Origin: a virus
Lineage: Duplodnaviria > Caudoviricetes
IMG/VR virus record: IMGVR_UViG_3300014205_000205
Span: 20,135 to 84,134 of that record
Direction: 5' to 3' (one strand)
Length of the DNA: 64,000 nucleotides
Shown here: positions 1 through 9,298 of the stretch, piece after piece
Position numbering within the stretch: the first letter of the stretch is position 1
How the letters are laid out: each line of letters opens with the position of its first letter
Notes under the pieces: generated by a model
What the model was told of the DNA's origin: nothing
What the model saw: the letters and a program-made list of their open reading frames with translations, nothing else
The model's database searches: none
Translations under genes and position numbers: made by a program

Positions 1-1342
1 TCTGCGCCTCGACAATGGTAATCCGGTCACTGATTTCGCGGGTGAGGATCTGCGCCATGCGATCGGAAGTGCCGTTATTCACCGTGATCGTCACAGTCGG
101 ACGCGGGTCCTGGTACCGGCCGACGAGAGCATTGACTAAATCTCGCGCCGTCTCCAAGGGAATCTCCTGACGCGTCGACAGGGTATAAACCTGCCGCCCG
201 TAGTTAGCGATGGAGGAAGTTGCATCAACGGTGTTTGCGGCAATCGTGGTGGTGTCAACGGTGACGAGTTGGGCCCGCAACTGCAAACCAGTCAAGACGG
301 CGCCAGACGGTCCAGCGGTCAATGTAATGGTGCATGACTGGCCGCTGGCGCGGTCCATCGTCAAAGAGGCAACCGAACCAGATGTGACAGCGTAGTCCGT
401 TGGCGATGTCGGCGTAACAGCAGCCATAAACGGCTCCGATGAGCTAGCGACAAACTTCTGCGTCTCATTTGCTGCCAGGGTAATCGCCTGTCCTAGTTGC
501 CAAAAAGATGATTCCGGCGCCGCCGAACGCGTGACAATCGTCACTTCGGCCACGTTGATGATGTCTTTCAAGCCTGGATTGTAAGCGAATGATTCCGAGA
601 AGAGCGGCTCGGCACCGGTATCACTGATGGTGGCTTGTGACACCGTCGAACGCGCTGTCGTCATGCGGTAGGTGCGACTTTCAAAAACAATCCGGCCCTG
701 ACCATCCTCATAGAGCGATGCGCCAGGACCCTCGGTGTTGAGCAGTGTTACCGCCGCCGAAAACGCATCCTCATCCTGCAACCACCACCAATCCAGTGTC
801 GTCTTGCCGGTGTCCAGTACCCGATCGGCCGCTGGCCAGCCTGCGGCGTCCAGTAGGTGCCCCAGAGCCACATCGGTGGTAATCGACGAATATAGCGCTG
901 TGCTCACGCGCTTGTTGGCTAATCTGGACAGCGTGCCGAGTGATGGCAAGCTAACCGAACGCCGGGACCGTTCCGGATGTTGGGGAATGTCGTCGAGGTA
1001 GCCGGTGAAGAGATAGTAGACGGTACCGCCGTAGGCCGCTTGAATCTGCACCTTCCGACCCGGTATCAGATTTCCATACAATGGCGATGATGTGTTTTCT
1101 GGTGAAAAGTTACGCGCTTGGTTGTCTACGTCGCAAGAAGCGGAACCAGCCATCGGAGGAGCGAGGGAGCGAATTTGGTCCCGTCCCCTCACCGTGTTGA
1201 TACCAGGGTCAGAACGCACGTAGTCGCCCACGTCTTCATAGACTTGCGCCGATGTGCCGGCCTGCCACGGAACGAGGAAGGCCGTCTTGGTGAGTGTTCC
1301 TGTGCCGTCCCAGTCTACTAAGACGGAATATTTTGTGGACAC
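1..1342 (-). CDS. Minor tail / baseplate-hub-like protein, truncated by window edge (>447 aa; absent from ORF track)
   Basis: Manual translation from GTG at 1342 (overlaps TMP stop) gives an open frame to position 2: MSTKYSVLVDWDGTGTLTKTAFLVPWQAG...GRKVQIQAAYGGTVYYLFTGYLDDIP...; lies directly after tape measure. Confidence 0.7.
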   Translation of the reverse strand, partial: MSTKYSVLVDWDGTGTLTKTAFLVPWQAGTSAQVYEDVGDYVRSDPGINTVRGRDQIRSLAPPMAGSASCDVDNQARNFSPENTSSPLYGNLIPGRKVQIQAAYGGTVYYLFTGYLDDIPQHPERSRRSVSLPSLGTLSRLANKRVSTALYSSITTDVALGHLLDAAGWPAADRVLDTGKTTLDWWWLQDEDAFSAAVTLLNTEGPGASLYEDGQGRIVFESRTYRMTTARSTVSQATISDTGAEPLFSESFAYNPGLKDIINVAEVTIVTRSAAPESSFWQLGQAITLAANETQKFVASSSEPFMAAVTPTSPTDYAVTSGSVASLTMDRASGQSCTITLTAGPSGAVLTGLQLRAQLVTVDTTTIAANTVDATSSIANYGRQVYTLSTRQEIPLETARDLVNALVGRYQDPRPTVTITVNNGTSDRMAQILTREISDRITIVEAQ

Positions 1343-4300
1343 TACCGCCGCCCCCTCCTGGTCGCATCTTCGTTCGCCGCAACTACGATGTCATACACCT
1401 GGCGCTCGCCGATGTAGACGTTGAAAACGGGCTGTCCACCACCCGCTCCCGCCATGGCGAGCTGACCGCCTTCGCTCATGCCACCACCGCCGCCGAAGGT
1501 GCCCATCACCGCCTGGTTGACTCTGGCGTTGAACCCGCCAAAGGCATCGTCCAGCCGGGCCAGAGGTGCCAGCGCCTGCTTGCCCATGGTAGATACGATG
1601 GTCTCAGCAAACGCCTGCATCCGATCTGCCAGCCAGGACAGCGGGGTCAATGCCTCGGTGCCAGCCTCCCCAAATACGCCCACGGTAGGTTTGAAGGCCA
1701 CGCCGCCGGCTGCATTCTGGGGCAGCGCTGATACGATGTTCGCCCGGGCCTGCTCCAGAGACATGCCATAGGCGTCCGACAGGGCCTTCGCTGCCGCTTC
1801 GATATCGCCTGACTGCGCCATTTTGCTTGCGTTGTTCAGGACATTGGTCCGACTTATGGCTGCGGCTTGTTCTGCTACCGTTGTCCTATCCGCTGAAGTG
1901 GTTGCCGCGGTTCCAACCAGAGGCGCTAAGTTTGCTTTGGCTGTCCCTTTGTCGATTCCCCAAGCATCGGCCAAAGTGGTAGCCGCTTGATCAAGATTCC
2001 CGGCTTGTGCCTGGGATTTCGCTGTCTCGAGCGCGTTTGTTTTCTGCGTTGGGGTTAGTGCTGGAACTGTAGATGCAGGAGGCGCAGCGGGCGCAGGGGT
2101 TGGAGGCGTTGGCGCTTTGGCACTTCCGAGCGTTGCCAATCCTGCTGCAGCCGCGCCGGCCGCGTCCCTGAGTGCTACCAAAGCCGCTGTTGCTTCATTC
2201 TCTTTGGCGACAAGTATCACCAATTCACCATTGTACTTGGCGATCATCTCGTTGCCGAACGCGACGAGTTTGGCTTGTTCCTCTTCGAGTTGCCGCAAGG
2301 GCTTCAAGGCTTCATCGTTTTCGAGAATCGTCTTGGAGTAGGCGTCGATCTTGGCCTTAGCCTCGTCGAAGGATGTGTTGGCAAGGGTAATGGCTGGATT
2401 GATTTTGACCAAAACTTCAGCGAGTGTGTCGTACTCCGTCTGCAGCCGATCATGCTTGGCGGTTAGTTTATCTAGTGCCATGTTGTTGTCGACAATCTTC
2501 TGGCGGAATCCGCCAATCGAATTCGCCGCCTGGTCGAACGTCGTCAGCGTCTTTTCTACAGAGGGGACGAGATCACCCACCGAAGCCTGCAGTTCCTTGG
2601 TGCGATCCTCCATGCGCTTCTGTTCGGCTGTGGCGTCGATGATCTTTCGCTGGTACTCCTCAATGGCCGTCTTAACCTCGTCGAACGTCAACTCTTTGGA
2701 CGTGTCGATGATCTTCCCTTGTGCGTCGTTCAGATTCACAAAGTTGTCGGCTAGCGTGTTGAGTTGATCCTTGAGAGGTTGAATGGTGGTTTCTTTTTGG
2801 AGCGCCAACTCTTCTTTCTGCAAACCAAGCTTTTCGATTTGCTTTTGCAGGACATTCACCCGCGTGTCCTTTTCACCCACGCCGGACTGCCGCAGCGTCT
2901 TGAGCGCCAATTCCGCTTGCTGCTGTTGGAGGCCCAGCGACTTCATCTGCTTGTCGAGAGCCGTCTCGCCGACTAGCTTCACGTTCGCCAGCGACTTCAT
3001 CTCAGCGCCAAGGTCCCTGATCTTGGTTTTAACGGCATCCACTTCGCGGCCCATGACATCGAAGGCAGACGTGATATCGCCTTGGTTGTCCGCTGTGGAT
3101 TTTTTGAGGACTTCCATTTCGTCTGTGACGGCTTGCAGTCCAGTTTTCCAAGCGTCAAGGGTATCGGAGATGCCGCCCCGCGCCGTCTTGGTGCTATCCT
3201 CTAACTCTTTGATTGCATCCTTGGTCTTGTTCAGCGCCTTGGTTGCCTCATCCAACCGTCCGGACAAGGTTTTCAGCCAGTCCTGCATGGTCTTGACGGC
3301 TTCAGACGCGGAGGAGAGATTTGTCTTGGCATCAGCGATGGGACCAGACACCTCGCGCAGTTGTGCCGACGTTTCTGCCACGGCTGTCGTGGCTGAGTTC
3401 AGCGAACCGGCCAGCCCAAGCGTCGTTTCGGAAAGCGCGCCGGTCAGTTGCTGCGCCTCATCGTACTGGCTCTTGAGCAGTTGAACGACGTTCTGTTGCG
3501 CTTCCAACTTGGTTGTCAGGTACTGTTGCCTCTCCGCATCATACCCAGCGCCCTTGGTAGCCTCACCGATCACCGCAGAGAAAGTGGCCCACGCCGCTTC
3601 GGTTTTCTTTAGTGCCCCTTCAACTTCAGCCATGGCGACGCGCTGGCGCTCGACCATTTCGGTTAGCGCCTTGTCGTGTGCGGCTTTTACCTCAGTATCG
3701 GTCAAAGGAATCACTGTCTTTGGAGGGACAACTTTAGGTGGGAGGATGGGTCCGTACACCTCATCGCCACCACGGACCAAAGCCAAGGCTCTCGCGAGTT
3801 TCCCTCTTGTTTCGTCGATCTGCTGGTTTATGTCACTCAATTCTCGGCCGAGTTCACTCAGAACATGGGCTTCGATGGCAGAAGGAGCTTTTTGGAAGTC
3901 ATTCAAAAGTTCTTGCTGTTGATCAATCCGCTTCTGAATCTCATCCCGCTTTTTCTGTAAGTCGTAGGATCCCTTCTGAAGCGCAGCAAGATCACTCAAG
4001 TTCTTTGCCTGTACGTTTTCGCGAGCGGCAACTGTGTTTTCCTTCAGCCTTTCGGTGTCTATCGCCACAGCCTTTCCGTGTTCGTCCCACTGCGTAACCA
4101 AGGCCGGGAACATGTCGCCAATCTCTTGGATAGTCTTCTTCTCTTCGTCCGATACCGCCTGATGCTCGGCTTCTGTTTTGGTCACATCACGCAGGGCGTT
4201 CTGCAATTCGGCATAACGGCTTGAAAGCTCAATCAAGGATGTAGCTTTTTGGGCTGTTTCTTCCTGGGCTTTCTTCTGAGCGGTAGCATAAGCAGTAACG

Positions 4301-5943
4301 CCGAGCGTCAAAACACCGAGCGCGATCGCAATACCAACAGCGACAGGATTGATTGCCGCCAACACCGGGGTGAGAGTCGCAATCGCCGTTTTCACGCCCG
4401 CGATAACAGCACCTAGTCCGGCCAGGCCGATCATGAGTGGACCCACAATCGCCAGCAAGCCCCCCAAGACCATGATTGACTGTTTCACCGGCATCGGGAG
4501 ATCCTGCAGGACTTGGACAAATGCTTTCAAATAACCAATCGCGCCGATGATCATGGGTTTGAAGGCATCACCGATCTGCCTGGTGAACTCATCCCAGGTG
4601 TTTTGCAGCATCTTGATCGCGCTTTCGGTAGTCGCAAACCGCTGCGCCGCCTCTTTGTTCAAGGCGGTATTCGACTGCCATGCCTGAGTAGCCAATCCGA
4701 GGCTTTTGCTCAGGACATCACCGGCGCCTGCGGTGCGCAGCAGGGCGTCGCGAACCCTGATATCATCCATCTCCAGTGTTTCCATGACGCCGAAGAGGTT
4801 TGTCCCTTCATCCTGCATGCGCTTGAGGCCGGTGATAAAGGCGACGGTGGCGCCCGCCGCGTCCTTTTGGAATGCCGTTGCAAATTCACCGGCCGACACG
4901 CCGGCTACCGCCGCAAACGCCTTTAGATCGTCGCCACCATTGGCTGCCGCTATGGCCAGCTTGGAAAACACGCGACTGATGGCCGTGCCGCCGGCTTCTG
5001 CGTTGATGCCGACCGAAGAAAGGGCCGCGCCAAATCCGAGCACCTGCGGCTCAGATAAACCGACTTGCTTACCGGCGCCTGCGATGCGCAAGGCAAACTC
5101 AGTGATTTCCGCTTCGGTGGTGGCCAAGTTGTTGCCTAATTCAACGATGGTGGACCCCAACTTGTCAGCATTGCCGATCGGCATCTGCATGATGTTGGCA
5201 AACCGCGCCAGAGACGTGGCGGCCTCTTCTGTGCCAAGGTTAGTCGAGACGCCCAGCTTGGAAACCACGTCTGTGAACTTCTGCAGGTTGTCGACGCCGC
5301 GCACACCCAATTGCCCGGCCAACATACCGATGTTCGAAAGCTCCTCCGCCGCAACTGGTACAACCTGAGACATGCCGCGGAAGCGCCCTTCGAGGTCTTT
5401 GAATTCGCCTTCGGTCGCGTTAACTGTCTTGCGCACGCCAGCAAAGGCCGATTCGAAGCCGATCGAGGTTTGGGCCGCCGCTTTGGCCATTGCCACAAAC
5501 GGCACCGTAAAAGCTCCGGATAGCGCCATGCCACCCATCAGCAGGTTCATCTGCGTTTGCATGTCGCCCAGTGTGCCAACCAGGCCCTCGGCCTGTTGTT
5601 TCGCTCCGTGCATGTGGCTGCCGGTTTTCTTGGCCGCCTCGCCGGCCTGGCCTACGCTCTTAGTGGTTTTTTCTGCACTCTCGCCGGTCTTCTTAAACGC
5701 CTCACCGGTTTCGGCTACAGTTTCAGAGGTTTTCTTGACAGATTCAGTTGCTTTGTCCAGTTTGCCGGGCAGAGCATCGAGTGGCACCAGCAGTCCACTC
5801 GCCGTTTTCCCGAACCCCTGCATGTCCTTTTCGATTTTCGCTGATGCGCTGGACACGGTTTTTTGCGCCGCTGCAAACTTGGCATCCATGTCGCCCAAAT
5901 CCACGCCGAGATGGATCAGTAGTTCGCCTAGATTTAGAGCCAC
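1342..5943 (-). CDS. Tail tape measure protein (TP901-type core)
   Basis: 1533 aa, Ala/Lys-rich coiled coil, FESAFAGVRKTV core, central hydrophobic segment, follows tail chaperones. Confidence 0.95.
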   Translation of the reverse strand: MALNLGELLIHLGVDLGDMDAKFAAAQKTVSSASAKIEKDMQGFGKTASGLLVPLDALPGKLDKATESVKKTSETVAETGEAFKKTGESAEKTTKSVGQAGEAAKKTGSHMHGAKQQAEGLVGTLGDMQTQMNLLMGGMALSGAFTVPFVAMAKAAAQTSIGFESAFAGVRKTVNATEGEFKDLEGRFRGMSQVVPVAAEELSNIGMLAGQLGVRGVDNLQKFTDVVSKLGVSTNLGTEEAATSLARFANIMQMPIGNADKLGSTIVELGNNLATTEAEITEFALRIAGAGKQVGLSEPQVLGFGAALSSVGINAEAGGTAISRVFSKLAIAAANGGDDLKAFAAVAGVSAGEFATAFQKDAAGATVAFITGLKRMQDEGTNLFGVMETLEMDDIRVRDALLRTAGAGDVLSKSLGLATQAWQSNTALNKEAAQRFATTESAIKMLQNTWDEFTRQIGDAFKPMIIGAIGYLKAFVQVLQDLPMPVKQSIMVLGGLLAIVGPLMIGLAGLGAVIAGVKTAIATLTPVLAAINPVAVGIAIALGVLTLGVTAYATAQKKAQEETAQKATSLIELSSRYAELQNALRDVTKTEAEHQAVSDEEKKTIQEIGDMFPALVTQWDEHGKAVAIDTERLKENTVAARENVQAKNLSDLAALQKGSYDLQKKRDEIQKRIDQQQELLNDFQKAPSAIEAHVLSELGRELSDINQQIDETRGKLARALALVRGGDEVYGPILPPKVVPPKTVIPLTDTEVKAAHDKALTEMVERQRVAMAEVEGALKKTEAAWATFSAVIGEATKGAGYDAERQQYLTTKLEAQQNVVQLLKSQYDEAQQLTGALSETTLGLAGSLNSATTAVAETSAQLREVSGPIADAKTNLSSASEAVKTMQDWLKTLSGRLDEATKALNKTKDAIKELEDSTKTARGGISDTLDAWKTGLQAVTDEMEVLKKSTADNQGDITSAFDVMGREVDAVKTKIRDLGAEMKSLANVKLVGETALDKQMKSLGLQQQQAELALKTLRQSGVGEKDTRVNVLQKQIEKLGLQKEELALQKETTIQPLKDQLNTLADNFVNLNDAQGKIIDTSKELTFDEVKTAIEEYQRKIIDATAEQKRMEDRTKELQASVGDLVPSVEKTLTTFDQAANSIGGFRQKIVDNNMALDKLTAKHDRLQTEYDTLAEVLVKINPAITLANTSFDEAKAKIDAYSKTILENDEALKPLRQLEEEQAKLVAFGNEMIAKYNGELVILVAKENEATAALVALRDAAGAAAAGLATLGSAKAPTPPTPAPAAPPASTVPALTPTQKTNALETAKSQAQAGNLDQAATTLADAWGIDKGTAKANLAPLVGTAATTSADRTTVAEQAAAISRTNVLNNASKMAQSGDIEAAAKALSDAYGMSLEQARANIVSALPQNAAGGVAFKPTVGVFGEAGTEALTPLSWLADRMQAFAETIVSTMGKQALAPLARLDDAFGGFNARVNQAVMGTFGGGGGMSEGGQLAMAGAGGGQPVFNVYIGERQVYDIVVAANEDATRRGRR

Positions 5944-5980
5944 CAGGAATCGCCACCCTCGGCGGAATTTTGTTTAGTCG

Positions 5981-6232
5981 TCATTCGCCAAACGAATCAG
6001 GCGCTTGGCCGCGCTTTTTCTTCAAGCTCGCGAAAAAATCATCAGGTTGGGCCGGCTTGCGTTTCTTTGTACTGGGTGTCGAATTGGAAATCAAGGCAGC
6101 CAAAATGCCTGTCCGGTAATCCTCACGCTGCTCATGCGCCAAAAATCGCTTCAGTCGCCAGTCAAATTGGAGCGGTGTGCTTCGCCAAAATTCACGTTCT
6201 GACATGCCCAGGTCGTGACAACCGATCGCCAA
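5981..6232 (-). CDS. Tail assembly chaperone, T-like part (probably made by frameshift)
   Basis: LGMSEREFWRSTPLQF motif typical of GT C-termini; frame stays open upstream past the G stop. Confidence 0.65.
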   Translation of the reverse strand: MAIGCHDLGMSEREFWRSTPLQFDWRLKRFLAHEQREDYRTGILAALISNSTPSTKKRKPAQPDDFFASLKKKRGQAPDSFGE

Positions 6233-6258
6233 TACGGCGTGCCACGAAAAAACCTGGG

Positions 6259-6579
6259 CTACTGAGGGCGGGCTCCCGCCTCCGGCTTCGGTACGTTGGC
6301 GGCGTACATCTCAGCCAGGGCCCCAGAGACCAGGCCGATATTGCCGAAATGAACCATGCCGCCTACGTCGTCGATGGTCAGATCTTTATCTTCGTGGCGC
6401 AGACAAGCCCACAGTAGAACGACCATGTCGGTGCCGCTGAGGTTGGTCAGGACACCGGAGGCCATCAGGTTCTTGCCGGTCTCCTTCTCGAAATAGCGAA
6501 CCGCGTTAAAGTCAAAACGGAGGTGCCGCTCCCGATCAAGGGAAATGGCGACCTCCGGTGCAGTCGGATTGTACCCCAT
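6259..6579 (-). CDS. Tail assembly chaperone G
   Basis: LDRERHLRFDFNA...LLWACLRHEDKDLT motif; between tail tube and TMP; start at MGYNP. Confidence 0.75.
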   Translation of the reverse strand: MGYNPTAPEVAISLDRERHLRFDFNAVRYFEKETGKNLMASGVLTNLSGTDMVVLLWACLRHEDKDLTIDDVGGMVHFGNIGLVSGALAEMYAANVPKPEAGARPQ

Positions 6580-6595
6580 TTGAAATGCCCCCTTA

Positions 6596-6628
6596 AAAAT
6601 AGAAGGGGAACCCGTCACCGAGTTCCCC
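6596..6628 (-). terminator. Intrinsic terminator after tail tube genes
   Basis: GGGGAAC-N10-GTTCCCC followed by TTCTATTTT on minus strand. Confidence 0.7.
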
Positions 6629-6636
6629 GCTTTGCG

Positions 6637-7278
6637 TTAGCCGCTTGTGCCTCGGGTCGTAAACGTAACCATACGCCCGTCGATATCCGCGGTCCCTTCG
6701 AACGACACCGAGCCGTCCACGATGCCATCCGCGGCGCCTGAGATGTCGTCACCAGAGAGGTAACCCCAACACCGCGCATCAAAGCTGGCAGTAGACGACG
6801 CGTGGAACGTAACCGCTACCGGCTGCGAGCTCGATGTCAGCAGTTGTGCGAACGTCGGTGTAGAATGGAAGTCCTGGATCGAACCGCTCATGTCAACCAG
6901 CGCCTGGATACGGCTTCGGAAGGCGCTGCCAAACACGGTCGAATCCTGGTTGTCGGCGCTGATCGAGTACGAATATCCGTGCGCCGCCGCCACAGAGGCC
7001 GTAGGCAGGACTGTGCCAGTGAACGTGTATGCGTTGGCGGATGATGTCGGAAACACCACCGAGCCATTCAACCGATACAGCGTGTAGGCCGTCGATGACA
7101 CGGCGCCACCAGAGGATGTGGCCACAGAGAATGGAGCAAGGGGAGCGAACGGCTCTCCTTGATAAGAGGAGGACGCAACCTGATACACCTTTCCATTTGC
7201 GGACGTTGTCGCCACGGCGGTGAGGGCGATACCCGTGGCCGACAGCGTGACCAAAGCATTCTTGCCAGCGTAGGCCAT
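6637..7278 (-). CDS. Tail tube protein paralog with ~80-aa Ser/Thr-rich insertion
   Basis: Aligns to 7292..7705 protein (MAYAGKNALV / MAVAGKNLLV; STVFGSAFRSRIQ / ITAFGAGWRSRLQ). Confidence 0.75.
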   Translation of the reverse strand: MAYAGKNALVTLSATGIALTAVATTSANGKVYQVASSSYQGEPFAPLAPFSVATSSGGAVSSTAYTLYRLNGSVVFPTSSANAYTFTGTVLPTASVAAAHGYSYSISADNQDSTVFGSAFRSRIQALVDMSGSIQDFHSTPTFAQLLTSSSQPVAVTFHASSTASFDARCWGYLSGDDISGAADGIVDGSVSFEGTADIDGRMVTFTTRGTSG

Positions 7279-7291
7279 CTAGTTCACCCCC

Positions 7292-7705
7292 TTAGCTGGT
7301 AGTCGCGACAGTGACCGCTCCGGAGCCCTCAAGGCCGATCGATAGGCCGACCACGCCATCAACCGAGGCGTCGACGTCATATGACCCCACCTTGACCTCT
7401 TGCTGGAACATGTTGTTGGTCGTGCCATCGATCATGAACTGGGTGTACAGGGCAGAGTCGTTGACCAGCGCATTGCGGATGGCTGATTGCCCGGACAGGT
7501 CCGTGCTCATGAGAAACCCGGACAGGCTGTAGGATGCGTCCTTTACCCCTTGCAGACGGGAACGCCACCCGGCGCCAAATGCCGTGATGTCGAAATTCTC
7601 GCCCGCTATGTTCATCGTCGCGGAGTTCATCTGGCCCACAGTGGTATAGGTACCCCCCGAGGCCGTCGACACCTTGACCAGTAGGTTCTTGCCAGCTACT
7701 GCCAT
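7292..7705 (-). CDS. Major tail tube protein (TP901-1-like family)
   Basis: 137 aa, FDITAFG..WRSRLQGVKDASYSLSGF and DGVV.LSI.LEGSG motifs; tail-module position. Confidence 0.8.
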   Translation of the reverse strand: MAVAGKNLLVKVSTASGGTYTTVGQMNSATMNIAGENFDITAFGAGWRSRLQGVKDASYSLSGFLMSTDLSGQSAIRNALVNDSALYTQFMIDGTTNNMFQQEVKVGSYDVDASVDGVVGLSIGLEGSGAVTVATTS

Positions 7706-7744
7706 TCAACTCACTCCTTTTTATTTAGATCTGAAAAGCCATTG

Positions 7745-7948
7745 CTAATCTGTTTGCGTGTGCCCGCACAAGCGGCACTGCCAAGACGGTGGGCCGCCCA
7801 TGGTGGACAAGTTCAGTCGGGATTCTGGTGGGTGCTCGCAGATGGGCGTTTCCTCAACGTCGGGCGGCTGCTCCGCCAATGAAAAAAGGGCCGCCTCGAC
7901 TAGCGCCCTCATCCCGACCAATATTTGGACCAAAGCTTTATCGTTCAA
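7745..7948 (-). CDS. Small Zn-finger-like tail-region protein
   Basis: CEH...CRLCGH; strong RBS GGAGTG. Confidence 0.55.
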   Translation of the reverse strand: MNDKALVQILVGMRALVEAALFSLAEQPPDVEETPICEHPPESRLNLSTMGGPPSWQCRLCGHTQTD

Positions 7949-7959
7949 AGCATCACTCC

Positions 7960-8421
7960 TTACATCGTCTGGTACATTGCTTCTAAGTTCACACTCCAGA
8001 AGTAGTGGTTATTTTTGTCCCGATCCAGAAAGTTCGGCTGCGTCTGCAGCATCCGTAAATCCATGTACACGTTTTGCAGAGGCACGTCGCCAGGCTGCCA
8101 AGGTATCAAGAATCCAAGTTCGGTCTCTGGGCTCGCGCTTTGGAGTGCGTCATTTACAGCCCAGGCCAGGTTTTGACCGCTCGTAAAGCCGTCAGAGCGC
8201 ACGATGATGGAGATGTGCGGGTGACTGATCTGCATTGCGGTTCCCAACACACGATCTGGCGCCCGGCCCCGCTCCGCAATAACGAATACGCATTCCACCG
8301 GCACGCCGGTCCTGGCGTCCGCCGGACGCGGGCTACCATGAAATAGGTTGACGTTGGCGGTTAAGGCGGTGCTATGGGCGTCCAGGTAGTTTTCGATGTC
8401 CTTTCCCGGTCTGTGCGCCAC
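7960..8421 (-). CDS. Tail terminator-like protein, paralog B
   Basis: GTG start at 8421 with GGAGG RBS; paralog of 8439..8849 with a ~15-aa insertion. Confidence 0.7.
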   Translation of the reverse strand: MAHRPGKDIENYLDAHSTALTANVNLFHGSPRPADARTGVPVECVFVIAERGRAPDRVLGTAMQISHPHISIIVRSDGFTSGQNLAWAVNDALQSASPETELGFLIPWQPGDVPLQNVYMDLRMLQTQPNFLDRDKNNHYFWSVNLEAMYQTM

Positions 8422-8438
8422 TGATGACCGCCTCCGCA

Positions 8439-8849
8439 CTAAGTCGTCTGGTACACCGCTTCGACATCCATTCGCCAGTGATAGTGGTTGTTTTTGTCTT
8501 GCCCTAACGGGTCTGGATGCGAATGTGGAATCTTCACATCAAGGTAGGAGTTGCCTGTGCTCGGGCTAGCGCTTTGCAGGGTCTCCATGACCTCCCAAGC
8601 TAGGTTCTCGCCACTGGTGAAGCCGCTCGACCGAACGATCACAGCGACATGCGGATGGCCGATCTGAATAGCGGTTCCTAGCACCCTGTCTGGTGGCGGC
8701 CCGCCGTCTGGCAGAACAAAGACGCACTCGACCGGCACGCTCGCGCTTACAGGTCGCACGATGCCTTGGAATAGGTTCGTCCCACCAGTTAGCGCTGTCG
8801 AGTGCGCATCCAAGTAGTTGAGGATATCGATTCCGGGCCGGTGTGCCAC
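8439..8849 (-). CDS. Tail terminator-like protein, paralog A
   Basis: Size and position upstream of tail tube; DKNNHYHW..D/N C-terminal motif. Confidence 0.7.
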   Translation of the reverse strand: MAHRPGIDILNYLDAHSTALTGGTNLFQGIVRPVSASVPVECVFVLPDGGPPPDRVLGTAIQIGHPHVAVIVRSSGFTSGENLAWEVMETLQSASPSTGNSYLDVKIPHSHPDPLGQDKNNHYHWRMDVEAVYQTT

Positions 8850-8860
8850 TTGTGATCACC

Positions 8861-9298
8861 TCATTTCGTGGCCAGGGCGGCTTTGGCAAGCGCCAGGATG
8901 TTGGCCGCGATCTGCGGAGCCCGTTCGTTGACAGGGTGCTCCAGGTACTTCCATGTGGTTGGCGGGTCGTGTCTCGCCGTTCGCTTCCCAGGGGTCCACT
9001 GCTCGGGATGCGGAGCGCCTTCTTCAGGCGATGGAATCTCGTGGACGTAGAGCGCGTACTTTGATGCAGCGCCGCCATATCCAAGCTCCACGAGGATCTG
9101 AGCGCCGACCTTCTGTGGCTTGGTCACATAGCCGGAGCTTTTGAGCGTGCCTGTATCCACCGGTACCCGGCGTTTTGAGATGGCCATGATGTTGTTGGCT
9201 TCCATGTAGACAGCGGAGCTCAGCGCGACCTTCACTCGTTCGCCGTACCTCGCCAGGTTGGCTTTGATCTGCTCCGCTCCGCTAACCGACCCCGCCAT
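8861..9298 (-). CDS. HK97 gp10-like tail completion protein
   Basis: SKRRVPVDTGTLKSSG motif, YALYVHE, WKYLEHP; ATG at 9298 with GGAGG RBS. Confidence 0.85.
   Translation of the reverse strand: MAGSVSGAEQIKANLARYGERVKVALSSAVYMEANNIMAISKRRVPVDTGTLKSSGYVTKPQKVGAQILVELGYGGAASKYALYVHEIPSPEEGAPHPEQWTPGKRTARHDPPTTWKYLEHPVNERAPQIAANILALAKAALATK

Noticed and set aside
1735-2010. Two ~28-aa imperfect repeats near the TMP C-terminus (AQAGNLDQAA.. / AQSGDIEAAA..)
   Set aside because: Internal repeats are ordinary for tape measure proteins
6245-6254. GGTTTTTTC run as the tail-chaperone slippery site
   Set aside because: Lies downstream of the G stop codon, so it is unusable without readthrough
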